50,044 bases of DNA from Candidatus Scalinduaceae bacterium. Lineage in GTDB: Bacteria; Planctomycetota; Brocadiia; Brocadiales; Scalinduaceae. Position numbers and translations under genes: made by a program. Shown piece after piece: positions 32,604-42,084 of this stretch. The notes below the pieces were generated by a model, which saw only the letters and a list, made by a program, of their open reading frames with translations, was not told the DNA's origin and did no database searches. Each line of letters starts with the position of its first letter. Position 1 is the stretch's first letter. The DNA lies in NCBI GenBank assembly GCA_046759445.1, contig JBHICG010000020.1:1-50044 (forward strand), given 5' to 3'.

Positions 32604-33337
32604 ATCTTCCTTGCCACCGCTATTATATTCTGCGTATAGATTCCATCGCCTGATCCAGTTTCAACAAGCATGTAAAACCGCAATAACTTTTCTATCATTT
32701 TCCACAGGAAAAACCTTACTGTTGACTTAAGTCCATGAGGAACAGGGCCGGTAGGATAAAACCCAGCATATGCAAAACCAACCGTTTTTAATGCTTGATT
32801 TAAACTATCTTGTGTAAAGGCCAGCTCATGGGTTAAATCCCCATATCTAATCCTTCCACTGAAAAGACTTTCGCCATTTGGCGCTTGAATAACAAGCAAG
32901 CCATCAACCTTTAATGCATTATTTATCGTCTCCAAGACTTTAAGTATTTCGTCTTTAGTCAAATGTTCTAACACATCTCTGGCAAAGATAAGGTCGTAAC
33001 TGTTCATTTTATCTTCCAAAAAGCTTATAATATCGGCGCATTCTACACCATTGATCCCGAGCTTTTTGGCAGCTTCAATCTGTTCAATGCTTACGTCTAT
33101 TCCTGTGGAATTTACACAACCGAGGCTTCGTAAATAATACAAAAAGCCTCCGCTACCACACCCCGTATCAAGTATATTTGCAGATTTATCCTGGGGTAGG
33201 AACCTGCCATAATACCACTTCCACACAGGAAACTGCCTCTCTATCCCATTAATGGTAGTCTCTCCGTATAAGTGGGATGTGTGGGTTGAGACATAGGTTG
33301 AGTAAATATTATCTCTGTATGCTTTTGGTTTACCCAT
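32600..33337 (-). CDS. Class I SAM-dependent methyltransferase
   Basis: LDTGCGSG, DVLEHL, QAPNG. Stop overlaps the next start (ATGA). Confidence 0.85.
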   Translation of the reverse strand: MGKPKAYRDNIYSTYVSTHTSHLYGETTINGIERQFPVWKWYYGRFLPQDKSANILDTGCGSGGFLYYLRSLGCVNSTGIDVSIEQIEAAKKLGINGVECADIISFLEDKMNSYDLIFARDVLEHLTKDEILKVLETINNALKVDGLLVIQAPNGESLFSGRIRYGDLTHELAFTQDSLNQALKTVGFAYAGFYPTGPVPHGLKSTVRFFLWKMIEKLLRFYMLVETGSGDGIYTQNIIAVARKI

Positions 33338-33411
33338 AATCTTTTGGTTATAAAGATCAAAAATTTACTAAAAATTTATTAGAAATATCATGGTTTTTTT
33401 TACTACTACAA

Positions 33412-34647
33412 TTAAGTTTCAGTAAACACTATAGTTTCAGGATTTTTACCGTCCCGGACTGTTGAGGTTGTCATAAACCCATCATTTTTGTTTTTACGAT
33501 TCTTCTTCAAGATATCATCACAGGCCTTTAATACCTCATCCACGGTGATATCATTTATACAATCCATCGTTTCACATTCGTTTTTGTAGCGTGCCTGGCA
33601 ATGAGGGTCTTTTCTCAAAACAATATGTTGCTCACCCCAGGGGTACCAGCACTGCGGATAATCTCGTGCGGAATAAATACCAACCACAGGGGTTCCAACA
33701 GCAGCAGCCACGTGCACCGGTCCGCTATCACAAGAAACAAGGAGGTCACATTGCCTCAGAACCTCTGCAAGCTGTAGAAACGTAGTCTTGCCTGTAAGGC
33801 TTAGGACATCATTTTTAAGTGTTTTCACCAATGCTTCAGCATTTGTTTCCGCATCGCTGCCACCTACTACAACAAAGAACGGGTTACATCTCTTCTTTAA
33901 GTCCCTGCAGACCTCAAGGAAACGCTCCAATGGCCACCGCTTAACAGGAAATTTTGCAGTAGGATGAATTACAATTACTGGTCGTGAATCAAGAGATTTT
34001 GGCAAGTCGAAATTTAGCGGTACCCTCGGAATATCCCATGAAACTTTACGAGAAACTCCCAGTGGTTCTACAAGTTTCATAAGACGGTCCACCTCTCTGT
34101 AAAAGATCCTGTAACGTCTTTGGGCAAGTGAGAACAGCCAGTGCTTAGTCCACTGAAATCCGCAGGCGCTCTTGCAACCTACTATCCTGAAGAATAACAG
34201 ATCCCTTAAAAGCCATGAAAATGTGTTACTACTTTGACTCAAATAAACAACAAGATCCAGTTTTTTGCTCCTTAACTGGCTTACCACCTTAGAAAAGTAT
34301 CTCAAGTTTTTTAGTGCGGTAGGGTCATATATAAAAATCTCATTGAATTCTATTAGTCCCTTTAAGACCTCTACTGTGTGTGGAAAGTTTCCAGTCTTTT
34401 CTGCAGTCATGAATATAAAGCGAGAACTTGGGAATCGCTTTTTAACAGCCTTCATAGCAGGGACCGCACAAATGGTGTCTCCAAGGTTTCCTTTTCTTAA
34501 GATCAAAATGTTTTGTGGATTATCAGGAAAACTATTTCCAAAAAGACTTAGCCTTAGGAGCTTTAAAATGCCATTCCCAAGCACGTAAACTAAATTGGAG
34601 ATATAGTACTCAATTCGCATCATTAAAACCCCGTCTGTTAGCAGCAA
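33412..34647 (-). CDS. Glycosyltransferase family 9 (heptosyltransferase-like)
   Basis: GNLGD, KRWP, GKTT, DSGPVHVAAAVGTP. Confidence 0.88.
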   Translation of the reverse strand: MLLTDGVLMMRIEYYISNLVYVLGNGILKLLRLSLFGNSFPDNPQNILILRKGNLGDTICAVPAMKAVKKRFPSSRFIFMTAEKTGNFPHTVEVLKGLIEFNEIFIYDPTALKNLRYFSKVVSQLRSKKLDLVVYLSQSSNTFSWLLRDLLFFRIVGCKSACGFQWTKHWLFSLAQRRYRIFYREVDRLMKLVEPLGVSRKVSWDIPRVPLNFDLPKSLDSRPVIVIHPTAKFPVKRWPLERFLEVCRDLKKRCNPFFVVVGGSDAETNAEALVKTLKNDVLSLTGKTTFLQLAEVLRQCDLLVSCDSGPVHVAAAVGTPVVGIYSARDYPQCWYPWGEQHIVLRKDPHCQARYKNECETMDCINDITVDEVLKACDDILKKNRKNKNDGFMTTSTVRDGKNPETIVFTET

Positions 34648-34759
34648 GGTTTCTTTGCTCCACTTTCCGATAGCTAATCTTGTGCTTTTTCCTGAGCCAC
34701 TTGATTAGTTTCCTGTCTATCATCATCAATGTGTTTCTTAGGCTTCTTATCCTCTTCAC
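34610..34759 (-). pseudogene. Possible remnant of a group II intron maturase C-terminus
   Basis: Hand translation VKRIRSLRNTLMMIDRKLIKWLRKKHKISYRK... resembles the maturase (GIIM) tail DxxLxxWxxxKH. Recognised from memory only. Confidence 0.3.
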
Positions 34760-34765
34760 CTGTTT

Positions 34766-35776
34766 TTATTCCGCGAGGTTATCCAAAACTTTGCTTTTTG
34801 ATAATTCATTATAGATTATTTCCGCAACGGAATTATGCCCTTTACTATTCCAATGTCCGTTACCACCGACTCTTTCAGCGGCAAGCAATGGGATTGCCCG
34901 GAAAAATATATCATTGTTTATACAATACTGCCTTATGCTCCTGAATTTCTCATCACCAGTACCGTTTCTCTTTATATAGAAAATAAATAAAGGGACTTCT
35001 TTTGCCTCTGTATAGTTATGTATTTCATCCATTATTCTGTGCATCAATAACATTTTGTCCTGCTCGCTCATGATGTATTTTTTGGACAGCATTCTCTTGG
35101 TAATTCCTAATCTATTTGACAGAATATGACAAAGAACACTTACGTCGCTTAAATATGTCAGCGCTTCCTGGAGTTTATCAGGGGAGTTGTGGTACACTAA
35201 TTCATCGTTTTTCACTCTGAAATGCGGAGTATATCTTCCACCTGAAATTATAGAAGTGTTATCATCAAAATCATTTATTTCAAATAGCATTATAATAACA
35301 ACATCCGGATTATACATCGCACCGTATTTCTTCAAGGAAATCAATTCTTGTCCTGTGCCAAAACCGGTTATCCCAAAATTCATTACATCTATCTTGTTAT
35401 TAACATATACTCCTTTTAGCTTCTTCTCTAATAATGAAGAAAAAATTTTGTCTTGGCTTGCTTCCAAACCAAAAGTCATCGAATCACCCAAAACCATAAT
35501 TTTATAATAGTTTTCGTCAACTGTAAATTCCTCATCTCTAAAACCGTCCTTATTTATGTACAGATCATAGGTAATTTCTGTCGAAAAATGGCGTGTTACC
35601 ATCTTTTGAGTAGGTTTATATTTCCATCCGAGAGTCTCGTCCGATATAGATAACCGCGGATAAAAGAAATGGGAATATGCAGATAAGGCAATCTCAAGAA
35701 TAAGAACTGTAAACACAATACTTATGGTGAATAGCGCAAAGTTAGTAAAAAACTTTCCCATCTTTTTATGCTTCAT
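34766..35776 (-). CDS. Membrane-anchored SGNH/GDSL-family hydrolase or acyltransferase
   Basis: N-terminal TM, GFRD, LGDSMTFG, NFGITGFGT, ND, GHWNSKGH. Confidence 0.85.
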   Translation of the reverse strand: MKHKKMGKFFTNFALFTISIVFTVLILEIALSAYSHFFYPRLSISDETLGWKYKPTQKMVTRHFSTEITYDLYINKDGFRDEEFTVDENYYKIMVLGDSMTFGLEASQDKIFSSLLEKKLKGVYVNNKIDVMNFGITGFGTGQELISLKKYGAMYNPDVVIIMLFEINDFDDNTSIISGGRYTPHFRVKNDELVYHNSPDKLQEALTYLSDVSVLCHILSNRLGITKRMLSKKYIMSEQDKMLLMHRIMDEIHNYTEAKEVPLFIFYIKRNGTGDEKFRSIRQYCINNDIFFRAIPLLAAERVGGNGHWNSKGHNSVAEIIYNELSKSKVLDNLAE

Positions 35777-36002
35777 ATACAGGCTGACAAGATTGGTGAA
35801 TCAAAAGGCTGGGTAGAGTAGGGAGCAGTCGTAGTGGCTACAGGTTGAGGTTAGTGTTCGCTGTTTCTCTCTCTTTCATTTGAGAGCGTCACAATATTAT
35901 AACCATACCCTATTTCCAACTCCCCCCTCATCTAAACCAACGATATCTACACAATATCCTTTTTTCTTCAAAACATGGAAATTGTTTTAATATCCGTAAC
36001 TT

Positions 36003-36848
36003 TCAAGTTGACTTCTTCCTGTTTTTCGCTGTTATAAGTGCATGTAACTTGCTTCTCTCGTCAAGACATCTTTGCACATTCATGATATTCCATACCAACC
36101 CCTTCAAGATCAAAGATGCCCTTCTAAAATCATTCAACACTATATTTTGAAGAACTCTACCAAAGTTTTTTAACACCAACATTAAAAACGTACTCGCTGT
36201 ATACCCTTCAATAATATTTATGAATTTCAACTCAATGTATATACGATTTTTATATGACATAAAATACTGAAAATCCGTACTATTTTTGATCGAGCTTGAA
36301 TTTGGAGCCTTTTGATTCTCAAAAATGTGTCCACCATCTACAAAAAAAGGAATTTTAAGTTTTTTTGCTTTAATGAAAAACTCTGTATCATCACCATAAA
36401 TACCAATATTTTCATCAAATAAATTGCCATTAAGGTTTTTAAGCACTTCTCGTTGCACTGCAAACACTGACGATGTATTGAGTGGCATATGTTCCCCATT
36501 TTCCCATTGTAGTTTGGGGAAATTAAACCCTGCGGATACTTGTTCTAAAAACCCTCGTAACATTCCTGACGTAAAGATCACATCTCCATCTATAAAAACT
36601 AATGTATCGCCTACACTCTCATTTATGCCGCGATTTCTGCTATAAGCAACATACAATCTATTCTTATTTCTAAGTATTTGTATTTTTCTGGCAAATTTTT
36701 GTCTCAATATCGTATATGTGTCATCATCTGAGCAATCATCTATCACAAGAATCTCTACGGCTTGAATTCTCTCTGACAAAACTTGCTCAATAAGTGGAAT
36801 GGTTAATCTCTTACTATTGTAAGTAGGTATAATGATCGAATATTTCAC
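36003..36848 (-). CDS. Glycosyltransferase family 2
   Basis: SIIIPTYN, IDDCSDD, SRNRG, FIDGD. Confidence 0.85.
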   Translation of the reverse strand: MKYSIIIPTYNSKRLTIPLIEQVLSERIQAVEILVIDDCSDDDTYTILRQKFARKIQILRNKNRLYVAYSRNRGINESVGDTLVFIDGDVIFTSGMLRGFLEQVSAGFNFPKLQWENGEHMPLNTSSVFAVQREVLKNLNGNLFDENIGIYGDDTEFFIKAKKLKIPFFVDGGHIFENQKAPNSSSIKNSTDFQYFMSYKNRIYIELKFINIIEGYTASTFLMLVLKNFGRVLQNIVLNDFRRASLILKGLVWNIMNVQRCLDERSKLHALITAKNRKKST

Positions 36849-37945
36849 TATACATTCCTTTGGAAAAAATGTGTTAGCCTTCCAATGTTATATCTCTTGA
36901 AACAAACAAAACATGTGTGAGTGCAATAACATTTATCAACTATTTCCCTTCGTCTATTGGCATCTTGACTGTTCCAAATCCCTTTAAAGTCATAATTATA
37001 GTCATGCAAGTTTCCGAGTGGTTGCATGAATTCGCAAAATGAAACATCAAGATTTGAATAAACCACTCCCATATCAGTGCCTGCTATACAATCCATAGTT
37101 CTCTTCTTATGCTTGACCGTTTTTAAACATGCTTTAAATCTGCTAACTGCTGTCACATGACCTATTATAGTTCTCACTATACCTGTTTTTTTTATTTGCT
37201 TTCTGGATCGTAAAAAATTCCCCCAATATATCTTGTAGAAGTCTTTGACATTTGTAGTTATTTTATTACAGAAATCCTCTCGGAGCGCTTCCTCTTCATC
37301 TCCCAAAACAGTATGAACCTGTATATTTATAGGAAGATTTGAATGTTTTACCGACCGCACCAATTGAAAAGCAAACGCCCCTCCTATCTCATTCCATATA
37401 AAATCCTTCATTACCTTTAAATACGGGAAGTTAATGCTATTAATTGTTGCGCCTAGTCCTGTGGAAAAATTTGGCCAAGGCTGTTCCAGCTCTTTTAGCT
37501 GGTAATACGTTCTCATTGCACTATCAAAACTTCCCTTTCTTCCTCTAATTTTATCATGAACATCCTCTGGCCCATCAATGGAAATTGAAACAGATATTTT
37601 CTTCTTAAAGTTTTTATTTTCCTGTAAAATTCTTTTTACTTTTTCAACGATTATCCGAGAATTACTACCATTAGTTGGTATCGCAATAGAATTAGCCCGT
37701 ATTTCTCTTACAATATCAACCACCTCTTTGTTCAAAAAAGGCTCTCCACCGGTGATTATTACATGATCCAAAGGTAATGGAAAATTTTGCATGATGAGTT
37801 TAATATCATTCGCCGAAAGATCTCCAATCGCGGAATTTAAATCTTCGGCATAAAAACAATGCTTACAACTCAAATTACACCTGTCAGTAATAAAAATAAT
37901 CAATCGTTTCGGCAGTTTGTTCTCAAAAGATAGTTTTGCGTTCAT
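36848..37945 (-). CDS. Radical SAM protein with SPASM/twitch-like C-terminus
   Basis: CNLSCKHC, TGGEPF, SIDG..HDKIRG, CIAG...CE...GNL...CYCTHTC. Confidence 0.85.
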   Translation of the reverse strand: MNAKLSFENKLPKRLIIFITDRCNLSCKHCFYAEDLNSAIGDLSANDIKLIMQNFPLPLDHVIITGGEPFLNKEVVDIVREIRANSIAIPTNGSNSRIIVEKVKRILQENKNFKKKISVSISIDGPEDVHDKIRGRKGSFDSAMRTYYQLKELEQPWPNFSTGLGATINSINFPYLKVMKDFIWNEIGGAFAFQLVRSVKHSNLPINIQVHTVLGDEEEALREDFCNKITTNVKDFYKIYWGNFLRSRKQIKKTGIVRTIIGHVTAVSRFKACLKTVKHKKRTMDCIAGTDMGVVYSNLDVSFCEFMQPLGNLHDYNYDFKGIWNSQDANRRREIVDKCYCTHTCFVCFKRYNIGRLTHFFQRNV

Positions 37946-38160
37946 AAGACCGCCTTAGAACTGATGTTATACATATATATTATATTATAACGTCCTCTAA
38001 GGAGAGGTGCCGACACATCTCTATCACATTTGTGCAGTCATAGAGGTTCACGTCAGTTAATCCAAGATGAAGTTTACTCGTCAAAGGCTGGTATTATTCT
38101 AACAGATACACATTCTAAAAAAGCTGGACTCCAGGTTCGTTTTCTGGTTTGCGACATATT

Positions 38161-38451
38161 ATGAGCCAAGAAAATGAGCTGAGAGTCCAAGGTCGAATTC
38201 TCACCGAATCAGAAATATCTTTCCTTCGTCAATTCATTCTAGATCACCCATCCTGGAGTCGCAGGAGACTAAGCGAGCAAATATGCCAAGCCTGGAATTG
38301 GCGTAATACCAAAGGGGATTTTAAAGACATGGCTTGTAGAGCCATGATGCTCAAACTAGAAAAACAGGGTTACATTACCATCCCGCCTCGTCGGCAGATT
38401 CCGGTTAATGCACAATCTTGGGTCACCTATAGAGATAATAGTCAAGAGTAA
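38161..38451 (+). pseudogene. Truncated DUF4338 (DruA-like, transposase-associated) N-terminal fragment
   Basis: HPSWSRRRLSEQICQAWNWR...KDMACRAMMLKLE is the typical start of this family. The ORF stops after about 96 aa. Confidence 0.65.
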
Positions 38452-38601
38452 AAACAAGTATTCCTACAAGATGATTCCTCAGAAAATTTAATTAATAACA
38501 AAAAATTAAATCCGTCGATTTCACTATCATAAGAAGCCCTGGATTTTAGATTACTTGTCAGAAGAACTAGGTTCTGCATCTATTAACTCAAAGGCCAGAA
38601 T

Positions 38602-38621
38602 TACACGGGCTTGCCCGTGTA
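38602..38621. repeat. Short REP-like palindrome
   Basis: TACACGGGC-tt-GCCCGTGTA perfect hairpin. Confidence 0.55.
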
Positions 38622-38799
38622 CATTTACTCTAGAATACAGTTTCTTGTTTAAATCAAGAAATTTTTTTAATGACTTTTTTATGGTATCTCATAGCTGAGT
38701 TATGGTTTTATGCATTATGCCTGTAATGATGGATAGATGCAGGGGATTGGCGGGTATTTGAAGGTTAAAATCTGTAAGCTGTGGAGGATAATATAAGAA

Positions 38800-38913
38800 A
38801 TGCCCCCAACGACTCTTTGTTGTTGGCCCAAGCAAGCAGTCATCGTACTCTTTAAATGCAGTATTATTGGATTTTCCATAGACTTCGGATGTGGACGTAA
38901 TAAGATTGATCAC
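38800..38913 (-). pseudogene. Fragment of an NAD-dependent sugar epimerase/decarboxylase
   Basis: LITSTSEVYGK...LLGPTTKSRW is an internal SDR segment. No Rossmann N-terminus. Confidence 0.6.
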
Positions 38914-38915
38914 GC

Positions 38916-39044
38916 TTACCTCCTTTTTAGGCAATCTAAAGCATCAAGGACACCGGAAACAGCCGTCTCCAAATTCCAGTCTCGTATTATTCTCCTTGAT
39001 TCAAATTTCATTGACTGAAGCAATTCTCGATCTCTTATGATATT
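38916..39044 (-). pseudogene. C-terminal fragment of a GT4 glycosyltransferase
   Basis: IIRDRELLQSMKFESRRIIRDWNLETAVSGVLDALDCLKRR* aligns by eye with the tail of the GT4 at 31404 (LIQSPELMEKMGKFSSEIISKWGYKEDLEGILSALEYVK). Confidence 0.5.
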
Positions 39045-39171
39045 TCATAAATTGCCATCTTCAACATTTTTGCCGATCACTACCTTATACGACGACATCT
39101 TAAAATCCTACTGAAACTACTGGGAATAGCAGGATTTGTTTCGGGAGGGACTCCCGAAACACAGGAAAAGA

Positions 39172-39290
39172 TTACAGAAATATCCAGGCATGCGGAAAAT
39201 GATGTCTTATGGCTGCCATTGCGGGTATAGCGCAAATGGTATCACCCAAATTCCCTATGCGGTAGAATAAAGTTCTCTGTATAGAGCATG
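39172..39290 (-). pseudogene. N-terminal fragment of a GT9 glycosyltransferase
   Basis: YRIGNLGDTICAIPAMAAIRHHFP matches LRKGNLGDTICAVPAMKAVKKRFP of the intact GT9 at 33412-34647, then stops. Confidence 0.7.
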
Positions 39291-39411
39291 GTGTTGCGTT
39301 TGTTGAGTCATTGCGTCGTTGCATCTTTGATGATAAATAAGAACGAAAGGTTTGCAATAAGCAGGATTATGGGGAAAATATTTGTCAATGGAATTTTCCC
39401 TAATATCTGAT

Positions 39412-39547
39412 AAGCACCAAATAACAAATCCCAAATAACAAACAAATTCCAATGACCAAATCCAAAATTACAAACAAACTGGTTTGGATCATTCGGTAAT
39501 TGTAATTTGGAATTTGTTTGGAATTTGTAATTTGAGATTTGTAATTT
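39412..39547. repeat. Inverted array of degenerate ~7-bp repeats
   Basis: Left arm (CAAATAA/CAAATCC/CAATGAC units) faces right arm (TTGTAAT/TTGGAAT/TTGAGAT units). Confidence 0.7.
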
Positions 39548-39665
39548 ATTAACTCCTGTTTGGTTCTGGCTTGTCCAGGTTGAAGTGGTGAGAGTTAGGA
39601 GCAAAGAGAGGGTATGATATAACCAGCGTAATCTCCATCTAACGTGGAAACAGTAATCTTAATTT

Positions 39666-41897
39666 CTAACAAATCGTCGCTGTTTTCTTCTTTGATTCCC
39701 CTTCTCTACCATATCCATATCCATGCCTGTTATACGAAGCGTAATAATGATAGAAATAACTTCCTCTAGAAACATTTATATAATTCATGACAACACCCAA
39801 TATTTCAATTTTTGTGTTTCTGATTTGTGATATAGCTCTCTCGACTACTTTCCTCTCGTGTACACCAGATTTGACTAAAAATATCACTCCATCTAAAATA
39901 TTTGACAGGACAACCGCATCGGTAACAACCAATGAAGGTGGCGCATCGAAAATAACTGTATCATACCTTTCTCTTACAGTCTTGCAGAACTTTTCCATAC
40001 TGTTCGTACCCAATAGCTCTGAAGGATCAGGAGGAATCCTTCCACACGTAATAATGCTAAGATTAGGTATACTCGTAGACTTAATAATAGGCTCTAATTC
40101 GATTTCTCCAATAAGATAATCACTTAAACCTGGTTTCCTCTTAACATCAAATACTTCATTTAATCTGGGATTACGTAAATCTGCATCCACAACTAATGTA
40201 TTCTTGCCTGTTTGTGCTATTGCAACGGCAAGATTAGAAGCAACAAATGTCTTACCCTCACCCTTAGCTGTGCTCGTAATCAAAAATAATTTTTTGGGAT
40301 TGCTATCAGATGATAACATTATGCTTGTCCTTATGTTTCGGAAGGCCTCTGCAATATTTGATTTAGGCGTCTTATGAGTAATTATATCAAAAGAAGACTT
40401 TTTTTTACCATTTAGAGCTTTCACTTTCTCAAATGCGCCTAAGAGTGGAAGACCTAGATAGCGTTCAACGTCTTCAGGACTTTTTGCGGTTTTGTCAAAG
40501 CCTTCAAGCAAAAACGCCATACCAATTCCCAGGGTTAGCCCAATTATTGCTGCAAGTGTAATATTAAATATTTTCCTGGGTTTGATAGGAGATTTAGGGA
40601 TCTCAGCAGCATCAATAATTCTTGTATTACTTGTCTGCAGTTCTCCTTTAATGTCAGTTTCTTTCAACCTTTTTAGTAATATTCCGTACATAGCCCTTTC
40701 GCTTTCAGACTCTCTCTTTAACGTGCCATAGGCAATCGCCTTCCTATTAAGTTCCAGGGCCTTTTCCTTTTGGTCTTCAAGTGCTTTAGAAAGACTTTCT
40801 TCTTTTGACAATGCCACTTTATATTTTGTCTCCAGGCTTTTTACTAATTCATTTAGCTCAGTATTTATTCTATCTTTCTGCTCTTTAGCCTGTGCAACAA
40901 GCTTTACTAAGGTAGGATATTTTTCACCGTACCTACCACGTAATTTAGTAATCTCTGCTTTTGTATTTATATAATTTTTCTTCAACGCTTGAATAAGAGA
41001 ATTGTCCACAACATATGCAATGGATTCAATCATATCGGGATTATCAGAGAGTTTTTTTGTCTGGTTATAGAGAGTTTCCAGACCTATTCTTTCTGTTCTA
41101 ACATTTGTTAAGACTGTATTTAGATCCTCAAGTTTTTGGACTATGATATTTTGCCTGTCTTCAAGGGAAACAATTTTTTCCCTTTCCTTATATAGTTGCA
41201 AGGCATTTTCTGCTTTCTGTACCATTTCCTTTTTTTCATAAAGTTGCTTCTCAAGCAACTTAACTGCATATCGTGATGCAGCAAATCTCGCCTCAAGATT
41301 TCTTGTTATATATTCGTTGGCGTGCTTATTGACAATTGTCGTTATAATATCTGGATGAACTCCTTCAAAGCTTATGTTAACGAGGTGACTGCCCCTTACC
41401 GGTTTGATCTCTAATTTATTAAGATAGCTATCAATTAATTTGGAATTTTCATCGTCATTGTCAGATTTCTGAGATTCCTTTTCAGGACTTAGTTTTTTTA
41501 CAAGTAAACCTAAGATACCCCTAATGCTAAAATCCCTTGACTTTTCATCAGATTTAAATTCTGGACTATCCTTTAAGTTTAGCGAATTTATAACCCTCAG
41601 GGCAAGAGAACGACTAGCCAATATATTATATTGAGTTTTATGAAACATTTTAACTGTACTATTTAGCGACAGTACATCTTTGAATGCAATGACATTCGAA
41701 TTTTCTCTTTCAAACATCACTTGTGTTGTAGCTTGATAAATAGGAGTGGTTTTGAAAGAAAAGATGGTTGCGGTTGTAACCAATATGACGAAGAACGCCA
41801 TGATAATCCACTTGCGTCTAATAATAACCTGCCAATAATCTCTCAGATCAGCTTCTTCTACTACTATATTGTCATTTATATTGTTATTTTTCATCAA
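39666..41897 (-). CDS. wzc: Polysaccharide co-polymerase / BY tyrosine autokinase (Wzc/GumC)
   Basis: Wzz-like N-terminus, coiled coil, SPIKP, second TM, GEGKT, VDADLR, FDAPP, C-terminal Tyr cluster YFYHYYASY..GYGY. Confidence 0.95.
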   Translation of the reverse strand: MMKNNNINDNIVVEEADLRDYWQVIIRRKWIIMAFFVILVTTATIFSFKTTPIYQATTQVMFERENSNVIAFKDVLSLNSTVKMFHKTQYNILASRSLALRVINSLNLKDSPEFKSDEKSRDFSIRGILGLLVKKLSPEKESQKSDNDDENSKLIDSYLNKLEIKPVRGSHLVNISFEGVHPDIITTIVNKHANEYITRNLEARFAASRYAVKLLEKQLYEKKEMVQKAENALQLYKEREKIVSLEDRQNIIVQKLEDLNTVLTNVRTERIGLETLYNQTKKLSDNPDMIESIAYVVDNSLIQALKKNYINTKAEITKLRGRYGEKYPTLVKLVAQAKEQKDRINTELNELVKSLETKYKVALSKEESLSKALEDQKEKALELNRKAIAYGTLKRESESERAMYGILLKRLKETDIKGELQTSNTRIIDAAEIPKSPIKPRKIFNITLAAIIGLTLGIGMAFLLEGFDKTAKSPEDVERYLGLPLLGAFEKVKALNGKKKSSFDIITHKTPKSNIAEAFRNIRTSIMLSSDSNPKKLFLITSTAKGEGKTFVASNLAVAIAQTGKNTLVVDADLRNPRLNEVFDVKRKPGLSDYLIGEIELEPIIKSTSIPNLSIITCGRIPPDPSELLGTNSMEKFCKTVRERYDTVIFDAPPSLVVTDAVVLSNILDGVIFLVKSGVHERKVVERAISQIRNTKIEILGVVMNYINVSRGSYFYHYYASYNRHGYGYGREGESKKKTATIC

Positions 41898-41954
41898 TCT
41901 TATGTTTTACGTCTCGGAAATTCTAAAACTTATTGATATTAAGGGATTCAAGGA

Positions 41955-42076
41955 TTGCCGAAAGTAGGCTCTGTAAGAGAGGAATTCCTTAATTCCTAAA
42001 TCGCCAATCGTTAATTGTGAGCCCCGCTGCTTCCTTGCCGAAAGTAGGCTCTGTAAGAGCGGAAGCAAGGATGCGG
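41955..42076. repeat. Two copies of the 25-bp repeat TTGCCGAAAGTAGGCTCTGTAAGAG, one nested in a larger hairpin
   Basis: Exact copies at 41955-41979 and 42035-42059, with a third at 46615-46639. Confidence 0.85.
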
Positions 42077-42084
42077 AGCTAAGT

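Noticed and set aside
35790..35900. Small peptide precursor for the rSAM at 36848
   Set aside because: The only ATG-started frame I found is 13 codons (MKERETANTNLNL). The Cys-containing frame has no start codon, and the region looks like a degenerate simple repeat.
38149..38451. Intact Druantia anti-phage system
   Set aside because: Only a ~96-aa DUF4338-like stub, with no other dru genes.
2429..40731. Numerous short plus-strand ORFs inside the EPS genes
   Set aside because: Antisense to well-supported genes, with no motifs of their own.
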